64,000 bases of DNA from Bacteroidia bacterium (GTDB lineage: Bacteria > Bacteroidota > Bacteroidia > AKYH767-A > OLB10). The notes below the pieces were generated by a model that saw only the letters and a program-made list of their open reading frames with translations, ran no database searches and was not told the origin of the DNA. Below, piece after piece: positions 55,406 to 64,000 of this stretch. The first letter of the stretch is position 1. Each line of letters opens with the position of its first letter. The DNA lies in contig JBDTRM010000169.1 in assembly GCA_039931675.1 (NCBI GenBank), positions 993-64,992 on the forward strand, written 5' to 3'. Position numbers and translations under genes: made by a program.

Positions 55406-56671
55406 ATGAAAAAATTAAACATTCAAACAGGTTTCATCACCTGCATGTTAATTACTGCCTCAATGATTCAGGTAGCGAGCGCACAAAGTTGGAACCTAAC
55501 AGGTAATGCAGGTACAACCGGAAGTAATTTTATCGGAACTACGGATAACGTTTCATTAAAATTCAAAACGAAAAATATAAACCGCATGACAATTTCTTCT
55601 GTAGGAAGTGTTGGAATTGGAACGACCACTCCGGGAGCTAAACTAGATGTAACAGGAAATTCGTACTTAACAGGACACTTTACTAATACAGCTACGGGGG
55701 TAGATAATGTCGGAGTAGTTGGCGGCTGTAATAATACCCCGGGTTATGGATGGGGAGTTTGGGGAAGTGGCGGTTCAACAGGAGTTCGTGGGGAATCAAG
55801 ATTAGCCGGACTTGGTAACCGGGTTGGAGTAAATGGAGTAGCGTTAGATGGTTCAGGATACAATAGAGGGGTGAGCGGCTTTGCTTCCGGTGGTTCGGTT
55901 GCTTATGGCGTATTCGGTTATGCACAGAGTGCAACGACATCAACTTATGCCGGTTATTTTGAAGGAAATGTTTATGCAGTCGCCTATTATCAATCCTCCG
56001 ACCGCAAATTAAAAAATGACATTCAACCACTAAGCGGAGCATTGTCTATAATTCAAAAACTCAAACCCTCGGTTTATACCTTCAAAACGAATGAATATCA
56101 GCAAATGCAATTGCCTGCGGGGCTGCAATATGGCTTAATTGCTGATGAAGTGCAGCAAGTTATCCCGGGTGCAGTTAAAAAAGCTGTGCATCCTGCAATG
56201 TATGAAAATGATGATGAGCATAACGGAAAAAAACTAAGCGAAGAAGTAGAGTTCAACGCAGTTAATTATATCGAAATGATTCCTATACTTATAAGTGGCA
56301 TAAAAGAACAACAGGCGATGATTGAAAAACTTACCGCCAAGGTTGCAGTATTAGAAGGCAGCGATATGAGTAACGGTTCAGCAAAAGTTGCAGTTAATGC
56401 GGCCGCTAACACACCTCTTCTTGGTCAGAATATTCCTAATCCATTTGAAAACAATACCATAATCCCTTTCCGTATTCCCCAAAATTGTAACTCTGCTTCA
56501 ATCATTATTTCAGAAGCAGGAACAGGAAAAATCGTAAAAACAATTCCTGTTAGCTGCAATGAAACCCAAATTGCCATTGACGCAGGAACTCTTTCGATTG
56601 GAAGTTATTCGTATTCTTTGTTTATAAATGGAGAATTGGTAGATTCAAAGCAAATGATTTTAGTAAAATAA
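55406..56671 (+). CDS. Tail-fibre-like T9SS protein (short form): Gly-rich stalk + S74 chaperone domain + T9SS CTD
   Basis: 421 aa. SSDRKLKNDIQPLSGALSIIQKLKPSVYTFK...YGLIADEVQQVIPGAVKK...VNYIEMIPILISGIKEQQ. C-terminal NIPNPFENNTIIPFRIP...YSYSLFINGE. Confidence 0.85.
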   Translation: MKKLNIQTGFITCMLITASMIQVASAQSWNLTGNAGTTGSNFIGTTDNVSLKFKTKNINRMTISSVGSVGIGTTTPGAKLDVTGNSYLTGHFTNTATGVDNVGVVGGCNNTPGYGWGVWGSGGSTGVRGESRLAGLGNRVGVNGVALDGSGYNRGVSGFASGGSVAYGVFGYAQSATTSTYAGYFEGNVYAVAYYQSSDRKLKNDIQPLSGALSIIQKLKPSVYTFKTNEYQQMQLPAGLQYGLIADEVQQVIPGAVKKAVHPAMYENDDEHNGKKLSEEVEFNAVNYIEMIPILISGIKEQQAMIEKLTAKVAVLEGSDMSNGSAKVAVNAAANTPLLGQNIPNPFENNTIIPFRIPQNCNSASIIISEAGTGKIVKTIPVSCNETQIAIDAGTLSIGSYSYSLFINGELVDSKQMILVK

Positions 56672-56750
56672 TCTTCTCAGAAACTACTTTTAATTAAACA
56701 AAGTAACATCGGCAAAGGACAATTTGTAATTAATAATAACTTTACAATTA

Positions 56751-56780
56751 AAAAAAGGGTGTAACTGCACCCTTTTTTTA
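56751..56780 (+). terminator. Rho-independent terminator
   Basis: AAAAAAGGGTG-TAACTG-CACCCTTTTTTT. Confidence 0.7.
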
Positions 56781-56810
56781 ATTTAATTTTTTTTCAAACA
56801 TTATAATCCC

Positions 56811-57056
56811 ATGTCAACTAACAAAAACAACACAAACAATAATTATTTTTTTGAAGGCGGCTGGGAAGAGCATATTCAAACTAATGAATATAAGCTTAAG
56901 GTGATGAAAATTACAGCAGAGGTTAACGCCATCTATAAACCAAAAATAGAGGCAGAAGGAAATTTTTTGAGAAGATATTTTTTAAGAAGAAGGAGGAATA
57001 AGGAAATAAATAAACGAATAAAGGATTTAACGGAATGGAATTTATATTTCGCCTGA
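56811..57056 (+). CDS. Possible small basic hypothetical protein
   Basis: 81-aa ORF after a terminator. No family, low-complexity N-terminus. Weak support. Confidence 0.3.
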   Translation: MSTNKNNTNNNYFFEGGWEEHIQTNEYKLKVMKITAEVNAIYKPKIEAEGNFLRRYFLRRRRNKEINKRIKDLTEWNLYFA

Positions 57057-57721
57057 TTAGATAAATTCCTTTTCATGAATTAATTCGTTTCAATTCCACA
57101 GTGTAAGTGTCCTTGCCCCCTGCCCCTTTGTCAAAAAAGAAACACCTTTTATCTTTCACACTGTTATAATAAAACCAATTCTTAACTTGTAGTGAGTACA
57201 CCTGCGGTGAAAAACCAATAATCAGTCTAATCAAGAAACTTGTGGTGAGCGTAGTCGAATCCATCAAATTAATCAGCGGTTCAAACATTTTTCTTTTTCA
57301 CTGCAATTATCAGGTTGAATAGGATTAAATTAATCATCAGCCACCTCACAATTCCAATACAAAACTTAATTAACCGAAAAACTTTTTTCATTTATTTTCA
57401 ATAATTTAGCCCAAATATTTAGTTCTTTCAAATAATATATTTGCACATTAACCAAAATAATTTCTTAGATTTGCATCAGTTCTTTCACTAAATCAAATCA
57501 AGAGAAAATAAAATACCGGCCGTAAAAGATATTTTCTTCACTTTGATTTTCCCGCGCCTCAAACACTTAAAAAAACAAATAAAAGTTTTTGTGCAATCGG
57601 GTACTATTCTGATTCTTTTTTTCAAAGCTGCACCACAGTTCAAAAGATAAAGCGCTTTTTCTTTTTACCGCAATGCAGCAACTCTAAATTATTTTTCTAA
57701 CAAATTAAATCCCCCTCTAAG

Positions 57722-58630
57722 ATGAATTCAAAAATTGAAAATTTCGTCTCTGCGGCTATAGCCGCCACCAAAGTTTGCCACAATAATCAAGCTATCATCG
57801 TGGCATCTCCAACATTCACCGCAGCCCTTCAGGAAACTGATGATGCTATTTCAGTTATCCAGGCATTCGGGCAGGTACAGCAATTAACTACCAAAGGTGT
57901 AACAGAAATGAAGCACCTTGCACGCAACAGCACATCCGAAGCTGGTATTATTATCGCACAAGGCATCGTTAACTTTGCCTTTGATCAGAAAAAGTTCGAT
58001 CTTCTTAAAGAAGCAGGCATTCCCAAAACAAAATTTATTCGTGGCAGGGATGTAAAAGTGCTCGCCACATTTAAAAAGGTTCATGAATTAGCTCTTGCTA
58101 ACGCAGCAGCTATTATTCCTTTTGGAGTAACCGCTTCCCAGGTTTCAGATTACGGTAAGCTGATAGGTGATTTTGAAGCATTGATGGTCGAGCCTCGTGT
58201 ACTGATTGCAAAACGTAAAAATGCAACCACGCAGGTTGCTCAGCAGGTTAAAACGCTTGGCGATACTATTAAGTATAAACTTGATGCAGGGATGGAGCAA
58301 TTCCACCTGTCGAATCCCGATTTTTACAACGAGTACTTTAACGCACGCATCATAGTTGATTTAAAAGGTCCTTCTACCGGCATCAAAGGCACTGCCGAAG
58401 ATAAGCTTTCACACATCAGGCTGAAAAATGCAAAGATTACACTTTTAGAAACAGGCAGCGATCGCAGCACATCTAAGCAAGGCAACTATGCATTTAAAAA
58501 ATTGTCACCCGGCATCTACACATTAAAAATTGTGGCGCCCGGTTACGAAGAACTATTTCTCGATAACATCCAGGTAATCCCCGGCCACCTCACCGATTTG
58601 GATTTGCAGCTCGTTAAATTAGCTGCGTAA
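57722..58630 (+). CDS. Hypothetical protein with C-terminal carboxypeptidase-regulatory-like (CarboxypepD_reg) beta-sandwich
   Basis: 302 aa. The C-terminal GNYAFKKLSPGIYTLKIVAPGYEELFLDNIQVIPG pattern is typical of that fold. Confidence 0.7.
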   Translation: MNSKIENFVSAAIAATKVCHNNQAIIVASPTFTAALQETDDAISVIQAFGQVQQLTTKGVTEMKHLARNSTSEAGIIIAQGIVNFAFDQKKFDLLKEAGIPKTKFIRGRDVKVLATFKKVHELALANAAAIIPFGVTASQVSDYGKLIGDFEALMVEPRVLIAKRKNATTQVAQQVKTLGDTIKYKLDAGMEQFHLSNPDFYNEYFNARIIVDLKGPSTGIKGTAEDKLSHIRLKNAKITLLETGSDRSTSKQGNYAFKKLSPGIYTLKIVAPGYEELFLDNIQVIPGHLTDLDLQLVKLAA

Positions 58631-58654
58631 AAAAACATTTTCAATGTACCTTCA

Positions 58655-58687
58655 AAAAGGCTGTCTTCCAAAAGGGCAGCCTTTTTA
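58655..58687 (+). terminator. Rho-independent terminator
   Basis: AAAAAGGCTGTC...GGCAGCCTTTTT hairpin. Confidence 0.7.
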
Positions 58688-59087
58688 ATTTCTCTTAATC
58701 AGCCAACAATAATTTCACGGATATTCATAAAACGGGATTAATTAGTACATTTTAATTTTGGAAATATTGAAACTCTAAAGTCAAAAGATTTTTCAACTCA
58801 TTGTTATATTTATTATTGATTGTTTGAAAAAATCCATTGATTGCCTGATGAAATGTATATCTAAACTTGGTGACGCAATGTTTGCGTATCACGAATTCAT
58901 CGTCAAAATGATCAATTTGTAATATTTTTCCACTGACTTTTTAGTTTATTTCGAGGTACGATTCTCCACAACATGAGTAAGAACGTACCTCTAAAAGGCA
59001 CATTTTATATGGTTAACAAGTTGGCACGATTTATTCATATATGAAACCGTTAACACTTAATCATTAATTAATTTAAACACATATAAA

Positions 59088-59846
59088 ATGAAGAAATTCC
59101 TGGTATTATTAATTACAGCGGCATCATGTATTACTGCATCTGCTCAAAACAGTACTCCTGCTTCAATGCCAACAGGCAAGCTGGATGGAAAAACATTTAA
59201 GATCACCCTTGTGGCCAAACAAAGCATTGATGAAAAAACGGCTTCAACAGCAAACACAAAAGATGTGGCAGCGCAGGGTGTTCAGCGTGCTGATGAGAAT
59301 GTGACCATGAGCACGACTACTACCACAGGTTCTGGCAGTACAACTACCACCACCAATGATGTCAAAGACAAAAACGCAGAAATGGCAGGCAATGTTGAGC
59401 CATTAAAAGATGAAAAAACTGTTGATGCTCAGCAGCCTGTAATGGCACCACAGGATAACACTGCCGTTAACAATCCCAATGATGCTGATTATAGCATGTA
59501 CTCACAGCCACTGAACAGCAAAACAACATTAACATTCAGCAATGGCATGATGGACTCTCCAATGATGACTGAAAGGAAGTTAGAATCATGTCCTTATAAA
59601 GTAAATGCAAGCGAAGGAGACATGACGGCATTTTCTGCCACCTGTCGGTCTGCTGTTCCCCCTGCTTCAGCAATATGGAGTGGAATGGTTACTGGCAACT
59701 CTATTAAGGGAAATGTATCCTACAGGTTAGGTAATGGTCGTGTAATAGATTATAGCTTTACGGGCACTACCGCTGCAACAAAGAAAACAAGTTCAAAAGG
59801 CAAAGCATCTTCAGGCATTCAAAAACCATCAGGCGCAACTGAATAA
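59088..59846 (+). CDS. Secreted hypothetical protein (Thr/Ser-rich linker)
   Basis: 252 aa. Signal peptide MKKFLVLLITAASCITASAQ. Followed by a terminator. Confidence 0.7.
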   Translation: MKKFLVLLITAASCITASAQNSTPASMPTGKLDGKTFKITLVAKQSIDEKTASTANTKDVAAQGVQRADENVTMSTTTTTGSGSTTTTTNDVKDKNAEMAGNVEPLKDEKTVDAQQPVMAPQDNTAVNNPNDADYSMYSQPLNSKTTLTFSNGMMDSPMMTERKLESCPYKVNASEGDMTAFSATCRSAVPPASAIWSGMVTGNSIKGNVSYRLGNGRVIDYSFTGTTAATKKTSSKGKASSGIQKPSGATE

Positions 59847-59874
59847 ATAAAAGCATTTGGAGCGAATGCTATTA

Positions 59875-59911
59875 AAAAAGAGGTTGTCTCAAATTTGAGG
59901 CAGCCTTTTTT
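59875..59911 (+). terminator. Rho-independent terminator
   Basis: AAAAAAGAGGTTGTCTCA-AATT-TGAGGCAGCCTTTTTT; the stem needs two G-U pairs. Confidence 0.6.
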
Positions 59912-60162
59912 GCTTTATAATAAACTATAATTAAAAGTTGAAAAAATTAATGTATAGATAATTGAAGCAACTAAAGGTTGTGCGATGCGATGTTTCCTCA
60001 CAAAAAATCGGTTTTAATTTTTGAGTACTTCATCCGTTCTTCCGATACCTATCGGATCATTATTCAAAATTCGTTATTCATTTTTATCATCACTTTACGA
60101 ATAATATTATCATTGCATTCAATATCAGCATATCTGAATTGGCTGAAAATGAATAAAAGACA

Positions 60163-60978
60163 ATGGAAAAACAATTTAGCAGGAACAGGAAGAATTTAAT
60201 TGTCAGCTACAATAATGTAGAAAATAAAATCATTCTTGGATTTGTCAATGAAGTTGGATCCGAAAGCAAAGCTTACGATTATTATGTTTTAGACATTAAA
60301 GAAACTGCAACCTTCATTGATCTCATCAATGCAATAAAAGAGCTTTTCGAAACCGTTCCCTTTGATGCCGAAAGCAGTTATGAAGAAAATTATGTGCGTC
60401 CTAAACGTATTAAGCTACCTGCTTCCGAAGAAGAGTTGTACTATGATTATTTAAAAGAGTTGGCACACGTAGTCATAGCGCTTCCGCAAAATAAAACCGA
60501 TCATGAAATTCAGGATATGGTTTTCACAGCCTCCAAAGATTTTATGGAAACGCTTGGTTATGAAATTGTATTCGGTGACGATGATGCCGACCTTTCAGAA
60601 TTTCAGCAATATAATTTCAAGCGTACCAACAAGGCTTCTGAAGAAGATATTAAAGAATTATATGCCGAGGCTAAGAAAGCATTGGAAACAAGGATTTCAA
60701 AACCTTCAACTAAATCCATTTTAAAAATAGCCGAAGCAGCCGGAAAACTTATTTCATCCCTTGATCTGATACCTGAAGCTGCAATAAGACTCGGTGTACT
60801 TTTAATTGTTAAAGCAGTTAAGGATGAAAAGACTGTAATTACTGTTAAAGCAATTACGCCATCAATAACGGCCGTCCTGGATGAACATCCCCGTTTATTA
60901 AAACATCCCAAAGCTGCATTAGAATTAATCACTGTTCCTGTAAAACAAAAGCAGGTCAAAAGCTGGCGCAAGCCTTAG
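60163..60978 (+). CDS. Acidic hypothetical protein
   Basis: 271-aa ORF, 11 nt upstream of the lipid kinase gene. No family recognised. Confidence 0.6.
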   Translation: MEKQFSRNRKNLIVSYNNVENKIILGFVNEVGSESKAYDYYVLDIKETATFIDLINAIKELFETVPFDAESSYEENYVRPKRIKLPASEEELYYDYLKELAHVVIALPQNKTDHEIQDMVFTASKDFMETLGYEIVFGDDDADLSEFQQYNFKRTNKASEEDIKELYAEAKKALETRISKPSTKSILKIAEAAGKLISSLDLIPEAAIRLGVLLIVKAVKDEKTVITVKAITPSITAVLDEHPRLLKHPKAALELITVPVKQKQVKSWRKP

Positions 60979-60989
60979 CATTTTATCAC

Positions 60990-61838
60990 ATGCAATCATC
61001 CAACATTGCTCTTTTGGTAAACGCCAAAGCCGGAAAAGGCAAGGCTATGCAGCTCTCTCTTTTTTTGCAATCAGAATTAAAGCAAAAAAATATTGCACAT
61101 AAAGTTTTCATAGATGATTGGACTGATGAATTAACAACTTTTACAGAAGCGTGGGTGGTAGGCGGAGATGGCACCCTGAATTTTTTTCTCAATAAATACC
61201 CAGAGTGCAATATTCCTATTGCTATTTATAAAGGAGGCACAGGTAACGATATTGCCTGGAAATTATATGGCGATATAACCGACAAAGAACAGTTGGAATA
61301 TGTGCTGAATGCAACACCAAAAAACGTTGACGCGGGAATGTGTAACGATAAAGTTTTTATTAATGGCATTGGTATTGGTTTCGATGGTGAAGTCTTAAAG
61401 TCAATAAAAGCTATTCGTTTAATGGGTGGTCATATTGGTTATCTTCTGGTGGTGATAAAAAAGATTTTTTCGTTTAAAGAATTTCATTTTACAATAAGCA
61501 TAGATGAAAGAAAAATAACAGGAAAGTTTTTGTTGCTGCTGGTTTTTAATTCATCCAGAACGGGCGGTGGCTTTCATGTCGCACCTACTGCTTTAATGAA
61601 TGACGGATTATTGAACGTTGTTCTTTGTAAACCTTTATCTGTTTTGCAAAGGTTGCGTTATCTTCCAGTAATTGAAAAAGGAAAGCATTTACACCTTCCG
61701 TTTATTGATCATTCTTTGGGTAAGGAAATAGTTATTGAATGTAACACAATACTACCTGCACAATGCGATGGAGAGCTGATACATGCCAAACGGTTTGTGA
61801 TAAAGGTTTTGCCAGGGAAGTTTTTGTTTAAGTATTAG
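60990..61838 (+). CDS. Diacylglycerol-kinase-family lipid kinase (YegS/BmrU-like)
   Basis: VVGGDGTLN and GGTGNDIA motifs. Confidence 0.85.
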   Translation: MQSSNIALLVNAKAGKGKAMQLSLFLQSELKQKNIAHKVFIDDWTDELTTFTEAWVVGGDGTLNFFLNKYPECNIPIAIYKGGTGNDIAWKLYGDITDKEQLEYVLNATPKNVDAGMCNDKVFINGIGIGFDGEVLKSIKAIRLMGGHIGYLLVVIKKIFSFKEFHFTISIDERKITGKFLLLLVFNSSRTGGGFHVAPTALMNDGLLNVVLCKPLSVLQRLRYLPVIEKGKHLHLPFIDHSLGKEIVIECNTILPAQCDGELIHAKRFVIKVLPGKFLFKY

Positions 61839-62207
61839 GAACACACAACCGTCATTCAGTAGGAACCTTCTTAATCCTTGGTAGGATTTATCTTCCAAAA
61901 GTTTTGTGCTATTCAGCATGTTGTTTTATCATGAAATTCACACCCTCACTTCCACCAAGTTCCTTCACTTTGTGGAAGTTTATTTTCACGTTTGCAACCT
62001 GATGAGACATAAAATTTCTTTATTATAAAAATTTTACCTGGTTTAAAAATAAAATCTGTTACCCTCAACAGCCATATTTTACGCTTGTTTCAGGCATTTC
62101 AGCAACTGTTTCAAATTTTTTTCAGCGCACTCTTGTTAATATCGAATTAGTATCTACTTTTGCGTTCCCTTTTTTTAAGGGTAGTTATAAATATATCAAG
62201 AGATAAA

Positions 62208-62618
62208 ATGCCGACTATACAACAGTTAGTACGTAAGGGAAGAGAAGCCTTAATAGACAAGAGCAAATCTCCGGCCCTGGTTTCATGCCCGCAACGCAGA
62301 GGTGTATGTACACGTGTATATACAACCACTCCCAAGAAACCAAATTCAGCAATGCGCAAAGTAGCCCGTGTTCGCTTAACCAATAAGTTTGAGGTTACCG
62401 CTTACATCCCGGGTGAAGGTCACAACCTGCAGGAACACTCCATCGTGTTGATTCGCGGTGGTCGTGTTAAAGATTTGCCAGGTGTGCGTTATCACATTAT
62501 CCGAGGTGCATTGGATACTTCAGGTGTTGAAGGTCGAAGACAACAACGTTCAAAATATGGAACCAAACGTCCTAAAGCAGGCACCGCGCCAGCAGCAGCT
62601 AAAGGCAAAAAGAAATAA
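62208..62618 (+). CDS. rpsL: 30S ribosomal protein S12
   Basis: [13 protein letters not shown]...[36 protein letters not shown]... Start at ATG 62208, not the TTG at 62160. Confidence 0.97.
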   Translation: MPTIQQLVRKGREALIDKSKSPALVSCPQRRGVCTRVYTTTPKKPNSAMRKVARVRLTNKFEVTAYIPGEGHNLQEHSIVLIRGGRVKDLPGVRYHIIRGALDTSGVEGRRQQRSKYGTKRPKAGTAPAAAKGKKK

Positions 62619-62694
62619 TTACTAATACAAAGATTGCTTCTCCCGATCGCTATCGGGATCGCAATGACAATTTAAGAAAAAATAAAATTAAAAA

Positions 62695-63162
62695 ATGAGA
62701 AAGTCGAAACCCAAGAAAAGAATGTTGTTACCTGATCCTCGCTTTAATGACGTATTGGTAACACGCTTTGTAAACAACTTAATGTACAGCGGTAAAAAAA
62801 ATACTGCTTTCGATATATTCTATGATGCTCTTGCAAAAGTGGAAGAGAAAACTAAAGAAAATGGCCTTGAAACTTTCAAGAAAGCATTGAACAACATTAT
62901 GCCAACTGTAGAAGTAAAAAGCCGCAGAGTTGGTGGTGCTACATTCCAGATTCCATCGGAAGTACGTCCTGAACGTAAGATAGCTGTTGGGATTAAGTGG
63001 ATGATTACATTTTCGCGCAAGCGCAATGAAAAAACAATGGCTGATAAATTAGCTGGTGAAATTATGTCTGCTGCAAAAGGTGAAGGTGCTGCTGTGAAAA
63101 AGAAAGATGATACGCACCGCATGGCAGAAGCAAATAAGGCATTTGCTCACTTTAAAGCTTAA
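62695..63162 (+). CDS. rpsG: 30S ribosomal protein S7
   Basis: [19 protein letters not shown]...[16 protein letters not shown]... Confidence 0.97.
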   Translation: MRKSKPKKRMLLPDPRFNDVLVTRFVNNLMYSGKKNTAFDIFYDALAKVEEKTKENGLETFKKALNNIMPTVEVKSRRVGGATFQIPSEVRPERKIAVGIKWMITFSRKRNEKTMADKLAGEIMSAAKGEGAAVKKKDDTHRMAEANKAFAHFKA

Positions 63163-63266
63163 TTGAAACACAAAATAAAAAGACAAGAATTATAAATTAA
63201 ATAAAGTGTTTAGGTTTTTTGGCAGATTGAAACTGCAAACAGAAGACTATAAACCGAAAACATAAA

Positions 63267-64000
63267 ATGGCTCAAGACTTAAGACTTACGCGTAACATTG
63301 GAATTTCGGCTCACATTGATGCTGGAAAAACAACGACTACAGAGCGTATTCTATATTATACGGGTAAAGTGCATAAGATTGGTGAAGTGCATGAAGGTGC
63401 TGCTACTATGGATTGGATGGTGCAGGAGCAGGAGCGTGGTATCACAATCACATCGGCTGCTACAACGTGCTATTGGAATTACCCTACAGATAACGGAAAA
63501 GCTACAGACGAGACCAAAAAGTATCGTATGAATATTATAGATACTCCCGGTCACGTTGATTTTACTGTGGAGGTAGAACGTTCATTACGCGTATTAGATG
63601 GTGCAGTTGCTTTGTTTTGTGCAGTTGGCGGTGTAGAGCCGCAATCTGAAACGGTATGGCGCCAGATGAATAAATATAATGTGCCGCGTATTGGTTTCGT
63701 AAATAAAATGGACCGTGCAGGTGCCGATTTCTTTAGTGTTGTTGACCAGGTTCGCACACGCCTTGCGGGTAATCCTGTTCCGCTACAGGTTCCCATTGGC
63801 GCTGAAGAGTCTTTTACAGGTGTTGTTGATTTGATAAGAAATAAAGCTATTGTGTGGGATGATTCTACCCAAGGCATGACCTATACTGAAATCCCTATTC
63901 CTGATAGTCTTAAAGATGAAGTGCATCAATGGCGCGCTAATTTAGTGGAAGCTGTTGCCGAATTTGATGATAAGTTATTAGAGAAATTTTTCGATGACCC
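63267..64000 (+). CDS. fusA: Elongation factor G, 5' partial (runs off the window)
   Basis: Hand translation [61 protein letters not shown]...[23 protein letters not shown]. Canonical str-operon position. Confidence 0.95.
   Translation, partial: MAQDLRLTRNIGISAHIDAGKTTTTERILYYTGKVHKIGEVHEGAATMDWMVQEQERGITITSAATTCYWNYPTDNGKATDETKKYRMNIIDTPGHVDFTVEVERSLRVLDGAVALFCAVGGVEPQSETVWRQMNKYNVPRIGFVNKMDRAGADFFSVVDQVRTRLAGNPVPLQVPIGAEESFTGVVDLIRNKAIVWDDSTQGMTYTEIPIPDSLKDEVHQWRANLVEAVAEFDDKLLEKFFDD

Noticed and set aside
1-64000. Search for tRNA, rRNA, CRISPR arrays, integrases, transposases and IS terminal repeats
   Set aside because: I found none by eye. There are no T-loop-type GGTTCGAATCC contexts outside CDSs, no regularly spaced identical repeats with unique spacers, and no DDE or tyrosine/serine recombinase motifs in the ORF track. 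Absence is not proven without tRNAscan, Infernal or HMM scans.

Overview
64-kb chromosomal segment of a low-GC Bacteroidota genome, judged from several T9SS C-terminal sorting domains, Bacteroidota-type gene content, and the str operon rpsL-rpsG-fusA at the right end. LEFT (1-23.5 kb): a VapBC-like pair; two tandem ~3.2-kb paralogues of a tail-fibre-like T9SS surface protein; then envelope and housekeeping genes (SDR, L,D-transpeptidase, TPR/PMT-like membrane protein, T9SS cargo, M13 peptidase, fused E1 alpha/beta dehydrogenase, YiiX, histidine phosphatase). CENTRE (about 23.5-50.9 kb): an accessory, defence-type island in which I found no integrase, transposase or tRNA. In order it holds a SEC-C/TPR protein bracketed by ~35-50 bp direct repeats; an HTH protein, a membrane protein and a visibly GC-richer M15 peptidase; an 8-unit degenerate 42-bp tandem array; a membrane-anchored trypsin-like protease operon ending in a tandem prokaryotic-YEATS-like protein; an hsdM N-terminal remnant with an in-frame stop and a (GA)12 tract; a lipoprotein plus outer-membrane-like pair; a six-gene translationally coupled operon (small ORF, SNF2 ATPase, beta-class DNA methyltransferase, Type III Res-like helicase-nuclease, HipA-like kinase, DUF3037-like protein); and a minus-strand trio containing two unknown paralogues. 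Three island modules begin with the same 34-nt motif just upstream of the start codon. RIGHT (51-64 kb): an alpha-oxoamine synthase gene broken by a perfect 76-bp tandem duplication, a LytTR two-component system, a third tail-fibre-like T9SS gene, hypothetical secreted proteins, a lipid kinase and the str operon. All functional calls come from motif recognition by eye on the supplied translations and DNA. No database search or computation was possible, so family names are hypotheses to confirm with HMM or HHpred searches.
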